Positions 60,001 to 64,000 of a DNA stretch of 64,000 bases are shown in pieces (position 1 is the stretch's first letter; the number at the start of each line of letters is the position of its first letter). Both the position numbers and the translations under genes were made by a program. This DNA is from Antedon mediterranea. Lineage: Eukaryota; Animalia; Echinodermata. Location: NCBI RefSeq assembly GCF_964355755.1, contig NC_092678.1:24879365-24943364 (forward strand), read 5' to 3'. The notes under the pieces are model-generated. The model did not search any database, was not told the origin of the DNA, and saw only the letters and a program-made list of their open reading frames with translations.

Positions 60001-63000
60001 ACGTTAATCTTGTCAATTAATTCATTTTGTGCCAATTGGAGGTTGACATTCTCATATTATTTTCTGGACCAGTTTTTCATGTGCAATCCGAATATATGAG
60101 ATAAATAAGCCATAACAAGGCCAAGAATTTAATTCTTTTACTACATATACATGCTTCCCTTTAGTGTTTCAAACTGTATGTCGTGTATTAACTTCAAGAT
60201 CGCTCACATCACTGCAATCTGAAAAGTCTTCATATTCATTATGTGTAAACAGTTCCTGGACAACAGTGGGCATCACTGTCTCAATCCATTTAGGCTCCAT
60301 TTGTTCGTTCCATCCATTGTGTGTACTGTTGTTGACAAAATCATTGACGTCTGCTGATTGCCATTCTTTAGTAATGAAGTGTGCTCTAAGTATATGAAAC
60401 TCAAGGGTCTGCTGACATAGTGGCAGTAATTATATATCTGTAATCTTATTGTGTCTGGAAAACTTTCTGTTGAAGATATCATATCTTGCTTGATTTACAC
60501 TTTTCCCCTTCACTCCATACAATAGTGAAACATACTCTTCAAATTCCTCATACAACTCTTTTGATGGAACATCTGAGACTCCAAGGTTGCAGAATGTGTC
60601 AACAAATTTTGCTTTTGATTCCAGAAGCTTCCAGCAGGTACGTTTTCCTTTCCGAAAGAAAGCGGAGTTATAATCGTTACCTGTGAAAGCATGGAATCCA
60701 ATAAGGGATGATTTCTGCGCTTTTGTTAAATCAATGTCACTCAATTTCAGTACCTTTCGGTATTTCCCAGTGTTTGTATCAATAATTACCCTCTGCCCAA
60801 TATCTATGAAATGAGATAGTGCAATGACTGGAATATCAATGTCTCCAGAATGGGAACGAATTATTGCTACGCCTTGATTGTTATCTGTTAAAGCATGCTT
60901 TGCATGCAGGATGACTTTCGTGTAGGCTTCTTCTTCCGGCTACTATTAAGCTCCGGAACCAATACAACATCTCAGTTAGTAACGTAGATGTATTCTTTGT
61001 ACGATGAAAAGTAGATAACATCATTCCTCATATCTGTTAGAATGCTTTCTTTCTTTGACACTAGTACACAGCGAATAAGCTCAATCAATTTGGTCTTGTT
61101 CTCGCCGTTGGCAAGGAAATTGTTGAAATCACGGGCCAACTTTGATATTATTGAGCTTACAATTACTTTTGGTGCAATACCGCGTATGTTTCTCTCAACA
61201 GACTTAATGCTTTTTGGCAGGTATGCATCGGTAACAATATCAACACGCTTGTATCCTTTAGGGATGCTGTTGAAAACCTTTGCTACAAGATCCTCGTACG
61301 TATCAGGGTAAGATGTAAATGTTCTGATTAATGCCATCAAGTCAACAACATAGGCAATGACAGTAGCCTTTGCTGGCAGTGCCCGACCAGGATCTATAAC
61401 ATCTGTTGAACTTTCGATGAGAATTTCCATTAGGACACTTTTCTGAGTTGTTCGTCTTGTCCCATCTGCATTAGCAAGGCTTAGCGGACAGGGGTAAATG
61501 GATACTCAAAGGCTTTCTTAAAGTCAATTATTCTACCATGCTTTGTTGAGGTGGTAAGAAGCTTTCCTAAAACATCCCGATTAGCTTATATTACTCTTAC
61601 TTTCCCATTTGCCTTGATTTCGAGTTTCTTCCCACTATTCGAAAATAAAGTGAGATGATGTTATGGATCCTGGTCGAGCACTGCGAGAAACAGACGCGGT
61701 ATTGCACCAAAAGTAATTGTAAGCTCAAAAATATCAAAGTTGCCCCGTGATTTTAACAATTTCCTTGCCAACGGCAAAAACAAGACCAGATTGATTGAGC
61801 TTATTCGCTGTGTACTAGTGTCAAAGAAAGAAAGCATTCTAACAGATACGAGGAGTGATGTTATCTACTTTTCATCGTACAAAGAATGCATCTACGTTAC
61901 TAACTGAGATGTTGTATTGGTTCCGGAGCTTAATAGTAGCCAAGAAGAAGCCGACACGAAAGTCATCCTGCATGCAAAGCATGCTTTAACAAATAACAAT
62001 CAAGGCGTAGTAATAATTCGTTCCCATTCTGGAGACTTTGACATTCCAGTCATTTCACTATCTCATTTCATAGGGTGATGGGCAGAGGGTAATTATTGAT
62101 ACAAACACTGGGAAATACCGAAATGTACTGAAATTGAGTGACATTGATTTAACAAAAGCGCAGAAATCATCCCTTATTGGATTCCATGCTTTCACATGTA
62201 ACGAGTATAACTCCGCTTTCGTTCGGAAAGGAAAACGTACCTGCTGGAAGCTTCTGGAATCCAAAGCAAAATGTGTTGACACATTCTGCAACCTTGGAGT
62301 GTCAGATGTTCCATCAAAAGAGTTGTATGAGGAACTTGAAGAGTATGTTTCACCATTGTATGGAGTGAAGGGGAAAAGTGTAAATCAAGCAAGATATGAT
62401 ATCTTCAACAGAAAGTTTTCCAGACACAACAAGATTACAGATATATCATTACTGCCACTATGTCAGCAGACCCTTGAGTTTCATATACTTAGAGCAAACT
62501 TCATTACTAAAGAATGGCAATCAGCCGACGTCAATGATTTTGTCAACAACAGTACACACAATGGATGGAACGAACAAATGGAGCCTAAATGGATTGAGAC
62601 AGTGATGCCCACTGATGTCCAGGAACTGTTTACACATAATGAATATGAAGACTTTTCAGATTGCAGTGATGTGAGCGATCTTGAAGATTAATACACGACA
62701 TACAGACTGAAACACTAAAGGGAAGCATGTATGTAGTAAAAGAATTAAATTCTTGGCCTTGTTATGGCTTATTTATCTCATATTACTCGGATTGCACATG
62801 AAAAACTGGTCAAGAAAATAATATGAGAATGTCAACCTCCAATTGGCACAAAATGAATTAATTGACAGGATTAACGTGATCAGATAGGAGAAATGTCTTG
62901 CATTTTGGGTCAAAGGTCAGTAACGTTATTTCCGGTCATTTTTACAGATAATGTTCTATTAGTTTGAATATAAACATCTATATTCTGGAGAGTTTGACAC

Positions 63001-64000
63001 CAATTACAACTTTCTGTGTCCAGTAGTTACGGAGATATGATATCTGTTAGATATTGGGTCAAAGGTCAATAGAAGTATTTCCGGCCATTTTCTGACAAAA
63101 TGTTCTATTACATCAAATAGGAACATGTACATTCCAAACAATTTGACACCAAAATCAACTCTCTATGACCAGTGGTTGCCAAGATATCATAGTCTACTGT
63201 AACTGGCAGCCATTTTGAAAAAAGCGCCCTCACGCGAAAGTTCTCAGGTTACAGCCCGTTTACCCAATATATTTGGATTCCCCAGAAAAAACTGGTCTAG
63301 AAAAGTTATATGAGAATTTCTACCTCTCCGGGTGGCACCTACCTCATTCATAGCCTAGTCTATAAAGAAAAAAATGTGATGCGTCCGTATATGGACATAA
63401 TGATGTCATACCACTATCATATTTAGGCACATCACACTTTTTTTTTGTCAAACTAGTTTGATAGTGTAGACAGAGCTTTAGAAATAGACTGACCTCTTCA
63501 TCTAGGGAAGCAGACTCTGTACAGCTGTCTAACCTCTGTACCAATGGTGGCCGTTCAGTTTGAGCATATTGACGCAGAAATTCATCGCCTATCTCTCGTA
63601 ACCCTAGGCCAGCAGATTCCATCTCTTGTAGGGGCATTCGTGGCATGACGGTTGCCTCCGATTCTGCAAAACAAGTTTACAACCAATCAAATTTGTCTCA
63701 TGGAATGTAATTTGTGTTGGAAAACATAAACAATTAAATTATTTTAAACTGCTGTAAGTAGGATCCTGCACTGAGTGTAGCACAATAAAGCCAAATCAGT
63801 AGTAAATTCCTACTTGGGTTAATCTAGCATTCTTCCCTTGATGAATAACCAATCATAATAAGTCATTCATTTACACAGAGAATGCCACAGAACATCTCTA
63901 ATAAAGTTATTTGTACAGGTAATATTATAGAGTGATTAGAATATCATAGATCATTACCTTCTTTGGGTTCTTCAGGCTCTACTAATGCATTCAGTATATC
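39065..64000 (-). CDS. HUWE1: HECT E3 ubiquitin ligase HUWE1, 3' portion (about 30 exons; 5' part outside the window)
   Basis: HECT domain ([73 protein letters not shown]-stop at 39065), UBM repeats ([34 protein letters not shown]), acidic tract, and [14 protein letters not shown]. Confidence 0.96.
41072..41204 (-). ncRNA. H/ACA snoRNA, family B copy 1
   Basis: Hairpin - H box ATAGTA - hairpin - ACA plus 3 nt. The 3' pocket (GAUCC / CUAUGA) fits 18S UCGUAG-UU-GGAUC with 14-nt spacing to ACA. Intronic, host sense. Confidence 0.8.
43561..43625 (-). ncRNA. C/D box snoRNA, family D copy 1 (diverged)
   Basis: ATGATGA C box, CTGA D box, short terminal stem; shares only ACCTCACCCGATAT-CTGA and the boxes with the other copies. 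Confidence 0.72.
44003..44152. mobile_element. MITE; a second copy in opposite orientation at 52577-52731
   Basis: TIRs GGCCAATTTACACAGA...TCTGT(G/A)TAAATTGG(C/A)C; shared internal ATGGTCATAAGGAATAACATAG is inverted between the copies. Confidence 0.75.
44204..44339 (-). ncRNA. H/ACA snoRNA, family B copy 2 (diverged, compensatory stem changes)
   Basis: Stems differ (GCATCCT/GGGGTGC versus GCATGCT/GGCATGC; CCTAATT/AATTAGG versus CCCTATT/AATAGGG) while the pockets GATTTT, CGTGT, TGATCC and CTATG, the H box ATATGA and ACA are kept. Confidence 0.82.
45135..45267 (-). ncRNA. H/ACA snoRNA, family B copy 3 (enclosed by MITE ends)
   Basis: Near-identical to 41072-41204 including flanks; lies between a MITE at 44935-45057 and an extra right TIR at 45312-45336. 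Confidence 0.78.
46372..46536. mobile_element. Representative copy of the dominant PIF/Harbinger (Tourist-like) MITE family, about 20 copies in the window
   Basis: TIR AGCTCTGTCTACACTATCAAACT...AGTTTGATAGTGTAGACAGAGCT, TTA/TAA target duplications, internal ATGTGCCCATATATGGACATGATGATGTCATATCACTACCATATTTGGGC. Other full or partial copies start near 3572, 19914, 30711, 31752, 33388, 33803, 34716, 40578, 40897, 41625, 44340, 44935, 46212, 50237, 50553, 54282, 55837, 58175 and 63365. Confidence 0.9.
48238..48306 (-). ncRNA. C/D box snoRNA, family D copy 2
   Basis: ATGATGA (C) ...TTGA (D') ...ATGATGC (C') ...CTGA (D), closed by an AGATAT/ATATCT terminal stem. Confidence 0.78.
48315..48630. repeat. 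20-bp tandem repeat (CAACTAAGTTAAGTAAGTAC), about 15 copies
   Basis: Perfect 20-nt periodicity, decaying at the right end. Confidence 0.95.
49527..49645 (-). mobile_element. Short tRNA-derived SINE-like repeat; a second copy on the plus strand at 54172-54278
   Basis: GAGCTGTAGCTTGGTG...CCTTCCAATCCCA...GGGTTCAATCCTGACCTAGTGCCA...GTAACTCACGAC is shared between the two loci in opposite orientation. Confidence 0.65.
50401..50537 (-). ncRNA. H/ACA snoRNA, family A copy 1 (U70/SNORA70-type target)
   Basis: GCATTCT...AGAATGC hairpin, H box AGATTA, AGTAGGA...TCCTACT hairpin, ACA plus 3 nt. The 5' pocket UGUGUA / AAGGG fits 18S CCCUU-UG-UACACA with 14-nt spacing to the H box. Confidence 0.85.
50962..51681. 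repeat. 16-bp minisatellite GG(T/C)TCACTCGCTCCAT, 45 copies, expanded inside a Deu-type SINE
   Basis: 720 bp of 16-nt periodicity; the flanks ATCGGCAAGGGTTC and GTTCTGGTGGTAGAACAAGTC are contiguous parts of the SINE at 25403-25758. Confidence 0.93.
51941..52074 (-). ncRNA. H/ACA snoRNA, family C copy 1
   Basis: GCACT...AGTGC hairpin, H box ATATTA, second hairpin, ACA. The 5' pocket UGAAAA / UUCUUGGC fits 18S GCCAAGAA-UG-UUUUCA, 14 nt from the H box. Confidence 0.82.
52441..52573 (-). ncRNA. H/ACA snoRNA, family C copy 2
   Basis: Same pockets as copy 1, H box ACAGTA, ACA plus 3 nt; stems diverged. Confidence 0.82.
53197..53333 (-). ncRNA. H/ACA snoRNA, family A copy 2
   Basis: Essentially identical to 50401-50537. 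Confidence 0.85.
53434..53577. repeat. About 48-bp tandem repeat, 3 copies
   Basis: TTCTGTTGCTAAGCTCATTGAGACTAAGGTTGTGCCTTGTAAGGAGC repeated three times. Confidence 0.92.
55640..55773 (-). ncRNA. H/ACA snoRNA, family C copy 3
   Basis: Same architecture and pockets as 51941-52074; ACA plus 3 nt. Confidence 0.82.
56715..56783 (-). ncRNA. C/D box snoRNA, family D copy 3
   Basis: C and D boxes and the guide are identical to copy 2; C' variant ATGAAGC. Confidence 0.75.
57418..58010 (+). mobile_element. Penelope-like retroelement 3' remnant (GIY-YIG endonuclease C-terminus plus pLTR)
   Basis: Frameshifted translation HRSAIK...[23 protein letters not shown]...[10 protein letters not shown], followed by a hammerhead motif and a repeated pLTR segment. 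Confidence 0.78.
57853..57889 (+). ncRNA. Minimal type I hammerhead ribozyme
   Basis: GCA-CTGATGA-A-GGGC-TAGTGTT-GCCC-GAAA-GC-TC-TGC: complete core, 4-bp stem II, palindromic AGCT in place of stem III, 3-bp stem I. Confidence 0.7.
58017..58090 (-). ncRNA. C/D box snoRNA, family D copy 4
   Basis: C, D', C' and D boxes and the guide as in copy 2; AATATT terminal complementarity. Confidence 0.77.
59361..59497 (-). ncRNA. H/ACA snoRNA, family A copy 3 (variant, possibly decaying)
   Basis: ACA box changed to ATA and 5'-pocket AAGGG changed to AAGGA; lies 19 nt from the Academ insertion. Confidence 0.68.
60186..61660 (-). pseudogene. Academ-like XPG/FEN1-nuclease region, left arm (disrupted)
   Basis: ORF pieces 60972-61430 and 60430-60744 are in register but broken by stops at 60972 and 60430 and a frameshift near 61495. 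Confidence 0.75.
61685..62691 (+). pseudogene. Academ-like XPG/FEN1-nuclease region, right arm (5'-truncated, disrupted)
   Basis: Mirror of the left arm; ORF 62134-62691; shares the TGA after YVTN (about 61905); GND changed to CNE. Confidence 0.75.
63750..63886 (-). ncRNA. H/ACA snoRNA, family A copy 4
   Basis: Near-identical to 50401-50537 with intact H and ACA boxes. Confidence 0.85.

Larger units (their letters stand above)
59516..63362. mobile_element. Fold-back (double 3'-end) AcademX-like DNA transposon in a HUWE1 intron
   Basis: TAG...CTA termini, 3-bp TSD TAA on both sides, inverted arms 59516-61194 and 61685-63362. Both arms encode XPG/FEN1-like motifs ([15 protein letters not shown]...[38 protein letters not shown]). 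Confidence 0.85.

Overview
AT-rich, intron-containing animal genomic DNA, probably an invertebrate deuterostome such as an echinoderm (inference from gene structure and Deu-type SINEs). Five spliced genes all lie on the minus strand: a secreted multi-CUB protein (runs off the left edge), MFSD5, RhoA, mitochondrial processing peptidase beta (PMPCB/UQCRC1-like) and the 3' part of HUWE1 (runs off the right edge). The main signal not visible in the ORF track is that HUWE1 introns carry 14 predicted snoRNAs in four families (3 H/ACA, 1 C/D), exactly one per intron and all in host sense. At least two loci suggest that an abundant PIF/Harbinger-type MITE copies its neighbouring sequence (a snoRNA, and a PMPCB exon end with its splice donor) into other MITE copies. 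Other elements are a 3.8-kb fold-back AcademX-like transposon, a Sola2-like element with a nested Deu-SINE, two Helentron-type non-autonomous elements, Penelope remnants with a minimal hammerhead ribozyme, and several tandem arrays. All calls were made by eye; exon and repeat boundaries are approximate, and rRNA target sequences are recalled from general knowledge and need verification.
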